DNA of 64,000 bases from an uncultured Gemmataceae bacterium (GCA_963750165.1 CAVVPN010000011.1:1120001-1184000); one strand, 5' to 3'. Numbered from the stretch's first letter, positions 31,646 through 43,974 are shown. Translations and numbers: made by a program. Notes: generated by a model not told the origin, from the letters alone.

Positions 31646-31957
31646 CTACGATAGCACCGTCGGGGATCCCGCTTGCCAGCGCACAATCGAGGCATACACT
31701 TGCACTCCGACGACTCTGAGGTGCCCCAACTCCTCCGGCACCCAGTCCGGTCGCTCGCGGAAGATTCCGTCCCGGTACGCGACCCAAAGCCAGATGCTCT
31801 CCCCATCCGAACGAGAACCAATCACGCCTCGCGTCAGCATCGGCGGTTCATCGAACACAGTACAACGGATGAGGTCGATGCCGAGCCACGGGTCGCTTCC
31901 CTGATCTCCAAACCGATAAGTAATTTGAGCAAGCCCGTTAACCGTGTTGCCCGTCAT
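31646..31957 (-). CDS. Hypothetical protein
   Basis: 103-aa ORF overlapping the RND stop; no recognisable motif. Confidence 0.3.
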   Translation of the reverse strand: MTGNTVNGLAQITYRFGDQGSDPWLGIDLIRCTVFDEPPMLTRGVIGSRSDGESIWLWVAYRDGIFRERPDWVPEELGHLRVVGVQVYASIVRWQAGSPTVLS

Positions 31958-34900
31958 GCCGGGTTGCCGCCGCGCGGCGCTCGTCGAGCCGCCGGATGAC
32001 GTGGTAGAACACGGGCGTCAAGAAGACGCCGAACAGCGTCACGCCCAGCATGCCGGCGAACACGGCCACCCCCAGAGCCTGCCGCATCTCCGCCCCGGCC
32101 CCGACCGCCAGTACCAGCGGCACCACACCCAGGATGAACGCGAACGAGGTCATCACGATGGGCCGCAGCCGCAGCCGCGACGCCTCCAGGATCGCCTCCC
32201 GCCGTGGCATGCCGCCCTCCTGGAGCTGCTTGGCGAACTCGACGATCAGGATGGCGTTCTTGCTCGCCAGACCCACCAGCACCACGAAGCCGATCTGCGT
32301 GAAGATGGTCACCTCCGACCCGGCCAGCTCCACGCCGACGATGGAGCAGAGCAGGCACAGCGGCACGACGAGGATGACGGCCAGCGGCAGCGTCCAGCTT
32401 TCGTACAGGGCCGCCAGCACCAGAAACACGAACAGCACCGCCAGCGCGAAGGCGGCCAGGGCGGTGTTGCCCGCCTGGAGCTGAAAGTAGGTCAACTCAG
32501 TCCAGTCGGAGGCCATCGACCGCGGCAGTTCCTGGTCGGTGATCTCCTGCACCAGCGCGATCGCCTCGCCCGAGCTGGTGCCCGGCGCGGGGTTGCCGGT
32601 GATCGCCGCGGCGGAGTAGAGGTTGTAGCGCAGCAGCAGCACCGGGCCGCTGGTGTCGCGCACGCTCAAGAGCGTGCCGAGCCGCACCATCTGCCCCCGG
32701 TTGTTCTTCACCTGAAGTTGGCTGATCTCGGCGGCGCGGTTGCGGAACTCGCGGTCGGCCTGGACGACGACCTGCCAGGTGCGGCCGAAGTTGTTGAAGT
32801 TGTTGACATAGTACGAGCCGAGGTAGACCTGCAGCGTGTTGAAGACCTCATTGACCGGGATACCCAGGGCCATGCACTTGGTGCGGTCAATGTCGAGGTA
32901 CAGCCAGGGCGTGCTGGCGCGGGCGCCGCTGAACAGGCCCTGCAAGCCCGGCGTGCGGTTGCCGCGGTTGACGACCTGATCGGTGACGCGCTGCAACTCG
33001 CCCAGACCGAGGTTGCCGCGATCTTCGATGATGAGCTTGAAGCCGCCGGTCGTGCCGAACCCTTCCACCGGCGGCCCGCCGAACGCTGTCACGAGGCCGC
33101 CGCGCACCTCCTTCTGGCAGCGTGCCTGCAGTTGGGCCGCGATGCTGTCCGCGTCCAGCCCCGCGCCGTCCCGCTCCTCGAACGGCTTCAGAATGACGTA
33201 CAGCGAAGCGAGGTTGGGCGCGTTGGCGTTCAGGATCAACGACCGGCCCGCGACGGCTACTGTGTGTTCGACGCCCGGCGTGCTCAGGGCAACCCGTTCG
33301 ATGCGATCCAGGATGCGCTGCGTCCGGTCCACCGAGGCGCCGTCCGGAAGCTGCACGTTGACGATCAGGTAGCCCTTGTCCTGTTGCGGAATGAAGCCCG
33401 TCGGGCGCGGGCGAACTGCCAGCCGGTGAGCACCAGCAGACCGCCGTAGAGAACCAGGGCGACCACACTCAGGCGCAGCACTCCCGCGACCGTCCGGCCG
33501 TAGAGTTCGGTGACTCGGTCAAAGACGCGGTTGAAGCCGCGGAAGACCCAGCCAAGCGCCGCGTTCACCGGTCGAATGATGACCCAGCCGAGCGCCAGGC
33601 CGATCAAGGCGCCGGGCAGGAAGTAGACGCCCCAGGCCACCCACTCGGTTGCTGTGGTGCTGAGGTACGGGGTCAGGCTATCCGTCACCACCTCACTCCC
33701 CCACCACTCCACCACCAGCTGCGGCCCCAGCCAGGCGGTGAGCAAACCGCCCAGGATGCCGAAGATCCACCACGGCAGCGCCTCGCGCTTGTGCGTGTGC
33801 CCGGCGGCTGTCTGCTCGGTCTTGAAGATCAGGACGGCCCGGGACGGCGTCATGGTCAGCGCGTTGACGGCCGAGATCATCATCGAGGCGGTAACGGTGA
33901 CGGCGAACTGCCGGAAGAACTGGCCGCTGACGCCCCCCAGGAAACAGCACGGGATGAAGACGGCGCTGAGCACGAGCGTGATGGCCATGATCGGCCCGGT
34001 GATCTCCTCCATCGCCTTGAGGGTGGCGGTGCGCGGGTCGAGCCCCCTGGCCATCTGCCGCTCGATGTTCTCCAGCACAACGATGGCGTCGTCCACCACG
34101 ATGCCGATGGCCAGCACCAGGCCGAACAGTGTCAGGCTGTTGAGCGTGAAACCGAGGGCGGCCATGACGGCGAAGGTGCCGATGAGCGAGACGGGCACGT
34201 CGATCATCGGCAGGATCATCGCCTTCCAGTCCTGCAGGAAGAACAGCACCACGAGGGCGACGAGGATGACGGCGATGACCAGGGTGCGGCGGACCTCGGC
34301 GATGGACTCGCTGATGAACGGCGTGGTGTCGTAGACGATGCGGAAGTCGAGCCCTTCGGGAAAGCTGGCCTTGAGTTCGCGCATCTTGGCCCGCACGCGG
34401 TCGGCAGTGCTCAGAGCGTTGGAGCCGGGCAACTGGTAGATCTGCAGGGCGACCGACGCATGACGGTCAAGGGTGCAAGCCTGGTCGTACTGCTGCGAAC
34501 CGAGTTCGATGCGCGGTTTGCCGTTCCTGTCGCGGGTCACCACGTCGCGCAGGTAGACGATGCCGGTGGAGGGCGGCGCGTTGCCGCTCAGTCCGTTCGT
34601 GGTTCCGAGGGTGTCCGAGGTGCCGCCGTTCTGGTCGGTGCCGCCGCCAGCTGCCTGGCCGCCGGAGCCGGACGACGCCTGCTGCGCCGCCGGGTTCCCC
34701 GTGGCGGCCTTGACGATGATGCTGGCGAACTGCTCCGGGTCGGTGAGCCGGCCGCGCGTGTTGATGGTCAGCTGGAACTGCTGGGCGCGGTCGGCGGGCG
34801 GCTGACCGATCTGGCCCGCGGCCACCTGGATGTTCTGCTGGGCGATGGCGGTCACCACGTCCATCGCCCCGAGCTTCAGGGCGGCCAGCCGGTCGGGGTC

Positions 34901-35470
34901 GAGCCAGGCGCGCAGGCTGTAGTCGCGCTGGCCCAGGTAGGTGATGCCGGCGACGCCTTCAAGGCGGCCCAGTTCGTCCTTGACGTAGATGGTCGCGTAG
35001 TTGCTGAGGAAGGTGGCGTCATAGGTGTCGTTCGGCGAGACGAGGTTGACGATCATGAGTGTGCTTGGCGACATCTTCCTGACGTTGATGCCCTCGTTCT
35101 GCACCAGGGCCGGGATGACCGGCAGCGCGAGCGACACGCGGTTCTGCACGAGCACCTGGGCCATGTCCGAGTTCATACCCGCCTTGAAGGTGACGGTCAG
35201 GGAATAGGTGCCGTCGTTGGTGCAGGTGGAGGACATGTACAGCATGCCTTCGACGCCGCTGACCTGCTCCTCGATGGGGGCCGCCACCGTGTCACGCAGC
35301 GTGATGGCGTTGGCCCCCGGGAAGGAGGCCGTCACCTGGACCGTGGACGGTGCCACTTCCGGGTACTGGGCCACGGGCAGGGCCGAGTAGGCCACCAGTC
35401 CGCCCAGGACGATCACGGCGGAGACGACGGTCGCGAAGACCGGCCGATCTATGAAGAAGCGCGACAGCAC
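31938..35470 (-). CDS. RND (HAE1) efflux permease 2 (apparent frameshift ~33405)
   Basis: FFIDRPVFA, GIVVDDAIVVLEN, KNAILIVEF, RLRPIVMTS. Confidence 0.9.
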
Positions 35471-35473
35471 AGC

Positions 35474-38400
35474 TCAGGTCCTCCGGTCCCTTGTCCCACG
35501 AAGGCGCCGATGCGCCCCCAGCACCGCCAGCACGCCGAGCAACCCCACACAGCCGCCGAGCGGCACTGCCCAGGCCATCTGCACGACGCCGAGTCGGCTG
35601 AGCAGGTAGCCCCCGCCCAGTCCCAGGAGCGCTCCCAGCGTGCAGGACACGACCAGGCGTGTCCGCAGCCCGGCGAATAGTCGCGCCTCGCCGAAACCCT
35701 GGATGACGTAGAAGAACACCGGCGTCAGGAAGGTGCCGAACACGGTCACGCCCAACATGCCGCTGAACACCGCCGTGCCCAGGGAGCGGCGCATCTCCGC
35801 CCCGGCCCCGGCGGCGAACACCAGCGGCGCGACGCCGAGGATGAACGCGAACGAGGTCATCAGGATCGGCCGCAGCCGCAGCGCCGCGGCCTCCCGCGTC
35901 GCCTCCAGGACCGGCAGGCCCGAGCCGTGTTTCTCGCGGGCGAACTCGACGATGAGGATGGCGTTCTTGCACGCCAGCCCCACCAGCACCACCAGGCCGA
36001 CCTGCACGAAGATGTTGACCGAGTTGTGCGTGAACAGCACGCCGGCGACCGAGCAGAGCACGCACAGGGGCACAACCAGGATGACGGCCAGCGGCAGCGT
36101 CCAGCTCTCGTACAGGGCCGCCAGCGCCAGGAACACGAACAGCACCGACAGTCCGAACACCACCGCCGGCGGCGTGGCGCTGGCCTCCCGGATTTGCAGG
36201 AACATCAGCTCGGTCCATTCCGCGCGCATGGAGCGCGGCAGGACAGCGCGCGCCTTCTGGTCCACCTCGGCGATGACCTCACCCGTGCTGGCCCCCGGCT
36301 TGATGCTGCCGGTGATGGGGGCCGCCGTGTAAAGGTTGTAGCGATTGACGAAGATGGGGCCGGTGATTCGCGCGTGGTTACCAGCGTGCCCAGCGGCACC
36401 ATCTGGCCCCACTTGTTGCGGACCTGAAGCAGGTTGATGGCCGGAACGTCGGAGCGGAACTTGCCGTCGGCCTGGAGCGTCACCTGCCAGTAGCGGCCGA
36501 ACGCATTGAAGCTGTTGACGTAGGTCGAGCCGAGGTAGATTTGCAGCGTCTGGTCCACGTCGTCGGGCATCAGCCCGAGCGCGGCGGCCTTGTCCCAGTC
36601 GATGTCCATGTACAGCTGCGGCACGTTCGCGCGGAACTGCGTGGAGACGCCGACCAGTCCGGGCGTGGCGCACAGCTTGTCGATCAGCAGGTCGGTGTTT
36701 TTTTGCACGCTGCGCACGCCGAGGCCGCCGCGATCCTCGGCGATCACCTTGAAGCCACCGGCGACACTGATGCCCGGGATCGGCGCCGGACCGAACACGA
36801 CCGCCTGGGCGTCGGGGACCTCGCGGGCCCAGCGCTTGCGCAGCCGGGCCATGACGGCCTCGTCCTTGAGGTCGCGGCGCTGCCGGTCGGCGAACGGCTT
36901 GAGGACGACGAACAACGAGCCGAAGTTGGTGCCGTTGGCCTGCTGCACAAACGACACGCCGCAGATGGAGATGGTGTGGGCCACGCCCGGGTCCTCCCGG
37001 GCGATCTTCTCGATCTGGAGCATGACCGCCTTGGTGCGCTCTAGCGACGCCGAGTCGGGCAGCTGCACGCCACCGATGATGCGGCCCATATCCTGCTGTG
37101 GCACGAAGCCCGTCGGCGCCTCCCGGAACACCCACCAGGTCAGGAACAGCAGCCCGCCGTAGAGCACCAGCACCACGACGGCCAGGCGCATCGCCCTGCC
37201 GATGGTCCAGCCGTAAGCCGTCGTCAGCCCCTCGAAGACGCGGTTAAAGCCGCGAAAGACCCAGCCGAGCACCGCGTTCACCGGGCGGATGATGTACCAG
37301 CCGAGCACCAGGCCGAGGAGCACGCCCAGCACAGTTACGATGGCGGATTGCGGATTACGGGTTGCGGATTGAATGCCACCTTCACCGTGTTTCAGGTAAA
37401 ACCCCCCTGCGCGTTCCAGGAGGGCCAGCCCGTAGGTGTAGGCGAGCCAGCCGCCGACCGCGCCAAAGATCCACCACGGCAGCGCCTCGCGCTTGTGGGC
37501 GCGGCCGCCGCTCATGCCGCCGCTGCGCAGGATCATCAGAGCCCGGGAGGGCGTCATGGTCAGGGCGTTGAGGGCGGAGATGATGGTCGAGGCGGCGATC
37601 GTCACCGCGAACTGCTGGAAGAATCGCCCGGTGATGCCGCTGATGAATGCGCAGGGCACGAACACCGCACTGAGCACCAACGTGATGGCGATGATCGGCC
37701 CGGTGATTTCCTCCATTGCCTTGAGGGTGGCGGCGCGCGGCTCCAGGCCCCTGGCCATCTGTCGCTCAATATTCTCCAGCACGACGATGGCGTCATCGAC
37801 CACGATGCCGATGGCCAGCACCAGGCCGAACAGCGAGATGTTGTTCAGGCTGTAGCCGAGCGCGGCCATGACGGCGAAGGTGCCGATGAGCGAGACGGGC
37901 ACGTCGATCATCGGCAGGATCATCGCCTTCCAGTCCTGCAGGAAGAACAGCACCACCACGGCCACCAGCAGGACCGCGTCGAAGAGCGTCTTGAAGACCT
38001 CGTCGATGGACTCGCGGATGAACGGGGTGGTGTCGTAACCGATGGTGTAGGTCACGCCCTCGGGGAAACGCATGCTCAGTTCCTTGACCCGGGCGCGGAC
38101 ACGGTCGGCAACATCCAGGGCGTTCGTGCCGGGCAGCTGGTAGATGGCGAGGCCGACGGATGGCTTGCCGTCGAAGTAGACGGCCTGGTTGTAGTTGAGT
38201 GCGCCCATCTCGACGCGGGCCACATCCCGGAGGCGGACAATGGCGGTCGCAGGCGCCTGCGGCCCGCGGCCCGGGGTCGTGGAACTGAGCACCCCGTTGT
38301 CCGGGCTGGCCCCACCGGTGCTCAGGGTGCTCGCCGGCTGAATCGCCATACTCGGAGTCGTGGTGCCACCAGCGGTCGCGGCGCCGCCGCTGGTGGTGCC

Positions 38401-39462
38401 GCCACCGGTCGCCTGGGCCCCGCCCGAGGTGGTCCCGCCGCCGCCGGTCGTCCCGCCGCCGGTGGTGCCTGGGACGGTTGTGCCTGTGCTCGGCGTGGGA
38501 GGGGTGATGGTCGTGCTGGGGGTGGTCGTGCCGGTGGCGGGTGCCTGACTGTCCGTGCTGCCACCGATCACCAGGTTGCTGGCGGCCGTGACCGCGGACA
38601 GGACGGCCACCAGGGGGTCGGTGATGCCGGAGCTGGGCAGGCCGCCGCCCTGGGACGGGGGTCCGCCCCCCGAGGTCGCATTCAGCCGATTGACACCGGT
38701 TTTGATCACGATGTCGGCGAACTCCGCGGGCTCGCGGAGACGGCCCACGGTGTCGAGTGGGAACTGGAACATCTGCGTGCCGCCCGTGGGCGGTTGCCCA
38801 ATCTGGCCGACGGGCGCCTCAATGTTCTGCGTGCGGATCGCGTTGGCCACGTCGGCGGCGGACAGGTTGAGCGCCGCGAGCTTCTGTGGGTCGAGCCAGG
38901 CGCGGACGCTGTAGTCGCGCTCGCCCAGGATGTTGATATCCGACACCCCGTCCACGCGCAGCAGTTCGTCGCGGACGTGGATCAGGACGAAGTTACTCAG
39001 GTAGAGGTCGTCGTAGCGGCCGTCGGGCGAGGTGAAGCTGACGATCATCAAAATGTCGGGCGTCTTCTTGCGGATGGTGATGCCCTGGCGCTGGACGGAA
39101 CTCGGCAGCAGCGGCAGCGCGAGCGTGACGCGGTTCTGCACCATGACCAGGGCCGCGTTCAGGTCGCTGCCCACGTCGAAAGTACAGGTCAGTGTGTACG
39201 TGCCGTCGTTGCCCGACTGCGACGACATGTACAACATGCCGGGCACGCCGGTGACCTGCTGCTCGATCGGGGCGGCGACCGTCTCGGCCACCACCTGGGC
39301 GCTGGCCCCGGGGTAGCTCATGGACACCACCACCGCGGGCGGCGTAACCCGCGGATACTGGGCGACCGGCAGATAGACCAGCGCGCTGGCGCCGACGAGT
39401 GTGATGCACACACTCAACACCGTCGCGAAGATCGGCCGGTCGATGAAGAAGCGGGACAGCAT
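35474..39462 (-). CDS. RND (HAE1) efflux permease 1 with Gly/Thr-rich insert (apparent frameshift ~36368)
   Basis: Same RND motifs; low-complexity segment at ~38280-38690. Confidence 0.9.
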
Positions 39463-39480
39463 GGCCGGAGTCCCTTGTTA

Positions 39481-39582
39481 GAGGTCAGAAGTCAGAAGTC
39501 AGAAGTCAGAAGTCAGAGGTCAGGAGCCTTTTCCTGGCTTCTGATTTCTGACTTCTGATTTCTGACTTCTGACCTCTGACCG
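39481..39582. repeat. Inverted heptamer tandem arrays (AGAAGTC)n/(TTCTGAC)n overlapping the MFP 3' end
   Basis: GAGGTCAGAAGTCAGAAGTC... and ...CTGATTTCTGACTTCTGATTTCTGAC; related array at 43908-43958. Confidence 0.8.
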
Positions 39583-40755
39583 CTGAGACGGCGGCACCGG
39601 GCCCAGAGTCGGCATGGCCATGTCCTCTGGCTGGATTTCCTGGTGCGGGCGGACCTGCTGCAGCCCACCGACAAGGACTCGGTCGTTGGCGTCCAGGCCC
39701 CTGGACACCACGCGCAGGCCGTCCTCCTGCAGCGCTCCGGTCGTGATCCGGCGATACTGCACTTTGTTGTTGGCATCGACCACATAGACGAACTTCAAAT
39801 CCTGGTCCGAGCCGATGGCGCGGTCGATGACCAGCAGCCGCTGACGCGGCTGGCCGATCGGCAACCGGACGCGGACGAACATCCCTGGCGACAGCAGCCG
39901 GGTGCCGCCCTTCGGTTGCGGGTTCGGGAAGATGCCGCGCACGGCGATGCTGCCCGTGGCGGGGTTGACCTGGTTGTTGACGAAGTTGATGGTGCCCTTG
40001 TGCGGGAAGCCGTCCTCCCCCGGCAAGCCCATCAGCAGGGGGACCGCTCCGTCCTTGCCGGGCTTGATGTCGCCGGCGTTCACGGCCCTGCGGATGCGCA
40101 GCAGCGTTGGCTCGTCCATGTCGAAGTAGACGTACATCGGGTCGAGGGACACGACCGTGGTCAACAGCGTCTGGTCCTGGTTGACCAGGTTGCCGACGGT
40201 CAGGTAGTAGCGGCTGATCCTGCCATTGATGGGCGACCGCACCTTGGTGAAACCCAGGTTGAGCTTGTAGACCTCCAGGGTGGACTTGACGGCCTTGATG
40301 CGGGCAGCCGCCTCGTCCACGGACGCCTTGTCCTGGTCGATCTCCTTCTGGGTGACGACGCGGCTGGCCAGCAGGGGCAGGTCGCGCTCATAATTCGCCT
40401 GGGCGAGTTTGAACTGGGCCTCGGCGAGTGCGACCTGGCTTTGGGCCTGGTTGAGTTGCGCCACGTAGGGGCGGGGGTCGATCTCGAAGAGCAGCGCGTC
40501 CTCCTTCACGTCCGAGCCTTCCTTGAAGTAGATCTTCACCAGATAGCCGGTGACCCGAGGCCGAATGTCCACCGCCTCGACGGCGTCGGTGCGGCCGGTG
40601 AAGTCCACGTAGTCGGTGACCTCCCGCTGGACCGGCTTGCTGACCGGCAACGCGGGCGGCTCGGCCGGGGCCACCTGGGAGGGTGGGCGTTGACAACCGC
40701 TGCCCGTCACCAGCCCGAAGACGATAACCAGCAGAACCAGGCACTTGCGCACCAC
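39520..40755 (-). CDS. RND periplasmic adaptor (MFP) lipoprotein
   Basis: Lipobox GSGC; IRPRVTGYL, LFEIDPRPY, SPINGRI, LSPGMFVRV; start approximate. Confidence 0.9.
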   Translation of the reverse strand: MVRKCLVLLVIVFGLVTGSGCQRPPSQVAPAEPPALPVSKPVQREVTDYVDFTGRTDAVEAVDIRPRVTGYLVKIYFKEGSDVKEDALLFEIDPRPYVAQLNQAQSQVALAEAQFKLAQANYERDLPLLASRVVTQKEIDQDKASVDEAAARIKAVKSTLEVYKLNLGFTKVRSPINGRISRYYLTVGNLVNQDQTLLTTVVSLDPMYVYFDMDEPTLLRIRRAVNAGDIKPGKDGAVPLLMGLPGEDGFPHKGTINFVNNQVNPATGSIAVRGIFPNPQPKGGTRLLSPGMFVRVRLPIGQPRQRLLVIDRAIGSDQDLKFVYVVDANNKVQYRRITTGALQEDGLRVVSRGLDANDRVLVGGLQQVRPHQEIQPEDMAMPTLGPVPPSQRSEVRSQKSEVRNQKPGKGS

Positions 40756-41259
40756 GGGCAACCTCCTGGGGCGAACGGGAACGCGGGCGCGGCACCATTC
40801 AACCAGCGACGGTGCAAACACCCGGCTACGGTTGTTCTCACCAGGGGCATTGTAGAGAAACAACCGCATCGGGTTCCGGAAAGGTGCGCAGCAGGTGTCG
40901 AACGCTGGATTTTCCGCAGCAAGGCGAGCCGGGAGGAAAGTTCATGGGGATGAGAGGACCTGTCCGCGCACTGGAGCGGTTCACGCACGGTTTGCGCACA
41001 AGTGACGGCGGGCACGGGCTGACCTCCAGCGGCCTGCGCTGCCACAGCAAGGGGGCCAAGGGGGCCAAGGGGGCCAACTTTTTCACACGTCGAGATTCGA
41101 GCCTGGGAGTGGCTCGCGCAGTTTGCAGGACGGTTCGGGAGCACTGGCCTACCGTTCGTGGTCCACACCACTGCAAATCGCGCTTATGGGCTGTTGCAAC
41201 TTAACTGTGATGTGGGGCAGGTTTTCCAGCCTACCCCACACTTCAGCGGCAACAGATCG

Positions 41260-41886
41260 CTAGCGCCCGGTTCGATCCGCGATGAACACGTCCCGTCGCG
41301 GGAACTGCTTGAAGAGGGCTTCCGGCTTGCCGAAGTTGGTGACCAGCACGTCGAGCGGGTTGCCGGCCAGCCACTCCGTCAGGTCGATGTCCTCGTAGAC
41401 CCCGGAGTTGAACCCGATGAGAACGCGGCACGACTTGTTGCCAACGTTCTCCACCGAGTGCCCGTACCCCTGCGGGATATAGCCGACATCGCCCTGCTCC
41501 AGTGTCTCGATCCGGTAGCGCCCGTTCGCGCCAAACAACGTCACGCTCACCCTGCCCTCCAGGACGTACTGCCATTCGTCGGCCGTCGGGTGCCAGTGCA
41601 GCTCGCGCATGTCCCCCGGCCCGAGCGTCATGGACACCCCGGCAATCCCCTTGGAGATCGGCAGTTGCCTGACGCTGGCCTCCTTCGCCGAACTCCTGCC
41701 ATCAACCCGCCCCTTCGACTTCTCCAGGGCGAACTTGAAGGTCGGCAGTTCCTTGCCGGAGAGCAGGGGGTCGGGGACGTTGTTCATGAAGCTGGGGTCG
41801 CCAGCCGCGGCGGGCGCGGCGGCGGCAGTCGCGGCCGCGACTGCCGCGGCCCCGGCCAGAAACTCTCGGCGCTGCAATTGCGACAT
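41260..41886 (-). CDS. Tat-exported monocupin, oxalate decarboxylase/oxidase-like
   Basis: QRREFL Tat motif; MRELHWHPTADEWQY...GDVGYIPQGYGHSVEN. Confidence 0.8.
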   Translation of the reverse strand: MSQLQRREFLAGAAAVAAATAAAAPAAAGDPSFMNNVPDPLLSGKELPTFKFALEKSKGRVDGRSSAKEASVRQLPISKGIAGVSMTLGPGDMRELHWHPTADEWQYVLEGRVSVTLFGANGRYRIETLEQGDVGYIPQGYGHSVENVGNKSCRVLIGFNSGVYEDIDLTEWLAGNPLDVLVTNFGKPEALFKQFPRRDVFIADRTGR

Positions 41887-42474
41887 GGAATCTCTCCTGG
41901 TTCGAGTGTGGGCTGGCAACGCCAGACCCAGATTCGGTTGAGTATCTCAGGGCAACACACTATTACGGCTGCCGCATGAAGGCTACGAGATCCCGTTTCT
42001 CCTGGGCGTCGAGTCGGAGTTCGAGGATGAGGTTGAAGAATTTTTGGTGTCAGTTTGCACGGGTCGTTCCTTACAGGGGCGCCAGGGTATCCGAGGCTTC
42101 GGGATCTCGGTGAACCACCAACGCAAGAGCCGTGCCGCGTGGACGGGAGTCCCTTGGAGGACTCGGGATACTCGCCGAAACGGTGACAACACTTGTCCGC
42201 CAGGAGTGGGCAACAGTCTGATCGGAAACCGCGGCCGGGCGAAAAGCGGAAGAAAACTGGTCAGGCCGGCAAGAATCCTGCCACCGCCCAAACACGGAGA
42301 CAGTCGGCCACGCGGCGTTCTCAGCGGACCTTGATGCACTCAAGGCGTGCAGATTGCACGCCTTGACGGACTTTCACGGTTTGGCACGATCTCTGCGTTA
42401 AAGAAAGCTGAAGGACTGTTACCGTCCTGCAAGGACATCAAAGAAGCCTTCGCCAGAGACAGAGGAGAGCGACC

Positions 42475-43434
42475 ATGAACACCAAGCAGCTCGGCAATTC
42501 GGACCTGCGCATCACCCCCGTCGGCTTCGGAGCGTGGGCGATCGGGGGGTCGGGTTGGGAATTCGCCTGGGGAGACCAGGACGACAGCGATTCCATCGCT
42601 GCCATCTGGGAGGCCCTGGACGCCGGCGTCAACTGGATTGACACCGCGGCCGTCTACGGGCTCGGACACTCGGAGGAGGTCGTCGCCCGCGCCCTCGAAG
42701 GGGTCACCAACCGGCCGTATGTTTTCACCAAGTGCAGCATGGTCTGGGATGAACGCCGGCAGATCGGCCACAGCCTCAAGGCCGACTCGATCCGCCGCGA
42801 ATGCGAGGCCAGCCTGCGCCGGCTGCGGGTGGACGCCATCGACCTGTACCAAATTCACTGGCCCGACCCAGACACGGACATCGAGGAGGGCTGGACGACC
42901 CTGGCCGCGTTGCAGCAGGGGGGCAAGGTCCGCCACATTGGCGTGTCCAACTTCAATGTGGAGCAGATGCAGCGGGCCCAGGCCATCGCCCCGATCACCT
43001 CGCTCCAGCCGCGCTACTCGCTGATCCATCGTGAGATCGAGGGGGAAAGCCTGCCGTTCGCCGCCCGGGAGAACATCGGCGTGATCGCCTATTCGCCGAT
43101 GGCTTCCGGACTGTTAACGGGCGCGATGACTCCGGAGCGGATCGCGGCTCTGCCTGCCGACGACTGGCGGAAGCAGCACCCCGACTTCCAGGAACCGCAG
43201 CTATCCCGCAACCTGAGACTGGTGAGGCTGCTGCGTGCCATCGGCAAGCGTCACAGCCGCACGCCGGCCGAGGTGGCTGTCGCCTGGGTGCTGCACAACC
43301 CGGCCGTCACCGGCGCCATCGTGGGTGCGCGACGACCCGGCCAGATGCGGGGCGTGATCGGGGCGGCCGAGTTTCGCCTCAGCCCGCACGAACTCGCTGA
43401 AATCGAGGCATTCTTCGCCCAGGCGGCCGCTTGA
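42475..43434 (+). CDS. Aldo/keto reductase
   Basis: GFGAW, IDTAAVYG, IDLYQIHWP, GVSNF, YSPMASG. Confidence 0.92.
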   Translation: MNTKQLGNSDLRITPVGFGAWAIGGSGWEFAWGDQDDSDSIAAIWEALDAGVNWIDTAAVYGLGHSEEVVARALEGVTNRPYVFTKCSMVWDERRQIGHSLKADSIRRECEASLRRLRVDAIDLYQIHWPDPDTDIEEGWTTLAALQQGGKVRHIGVSNFNVEQMQRAQAIAPITSLQPRYSLIHREIEGESLPFAARENIGVIAYSPMASGLLTGAMTPERIAALPADDWRKQHPDFQEPQLSRNLRLVRLLRAIGKRHSRTPAEVAVAWVLHNPAVTGAIVGARRPGQMRGVIGAAEFRLSPHELAEIEAFFAQAAA

Positions 43435-43469
43435 CGCGCTGAACGCAGCTGTTCGTCCCATTGTCTCTG

Positions 43470-43958
43470 CCGACCGAAGGTCTCCCGCAAGCGCCCTGGT
43501 CAAGTGGGGTTCGTGGAGACCTTCGGTCGAGGCCGGTGGCATGGTCTCCGGACCAGAGCGGTTCGCAGTTGGGTGTAGCGGAAGTCGCCAGACTTCCGTC
43601 CGGTGCTGCTCGGAAGTCTGGCGACTTCCGCTACACCCATTCGCAATCTGCAATAGAGCGGTTCACACTTGGTTTGGCGCAGCCTGTGGGACGGCTCTCC
43701 AGAGCCGTCCTTGTCTCGGAGACGGCTCTGGAGAGCCGTCCTACGGGGCGTAATCCACGCGGCTGTGAACCGCTCTAAAGGTCTTATCAACAAGTGGGCG
43801 CGTACAATGAGAGCACGCACTCCCAGCACCTTCCTTGGGACCCCGACGTTGTTGGTTGGGGCGTGGTCTCCGGGCCACGCGCCAGCGGCCGACCGAAGGC
43901 CTCCTTGCTGAGTCCTGACCTCTGAGTCCTGACCTCTGAGTCCTGACCTCTGATTTCT
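43470..43958. repeat. Cluster of nested REP/MITE palindromes and a 14-bp tandem repeat
   Basis: Perfect TAGAGCGGTTCACA/TGTGAACCGCTCTA ends (43654-43777); GTAGCGGAAGTCGCCAGACTTCCG hairpin; (CTGAGTCCTGACCT)3. Confidence 0.75.
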
Positions 43959-43974
43959 CAAGGAGAGCGATCCG

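Noticed and set aside
41983..42470. Short ORFs or an IS remnant between the cupin and AKR genes
   Set aside because: No recognisable motif, TIR pair or TSD; cannot support a call.
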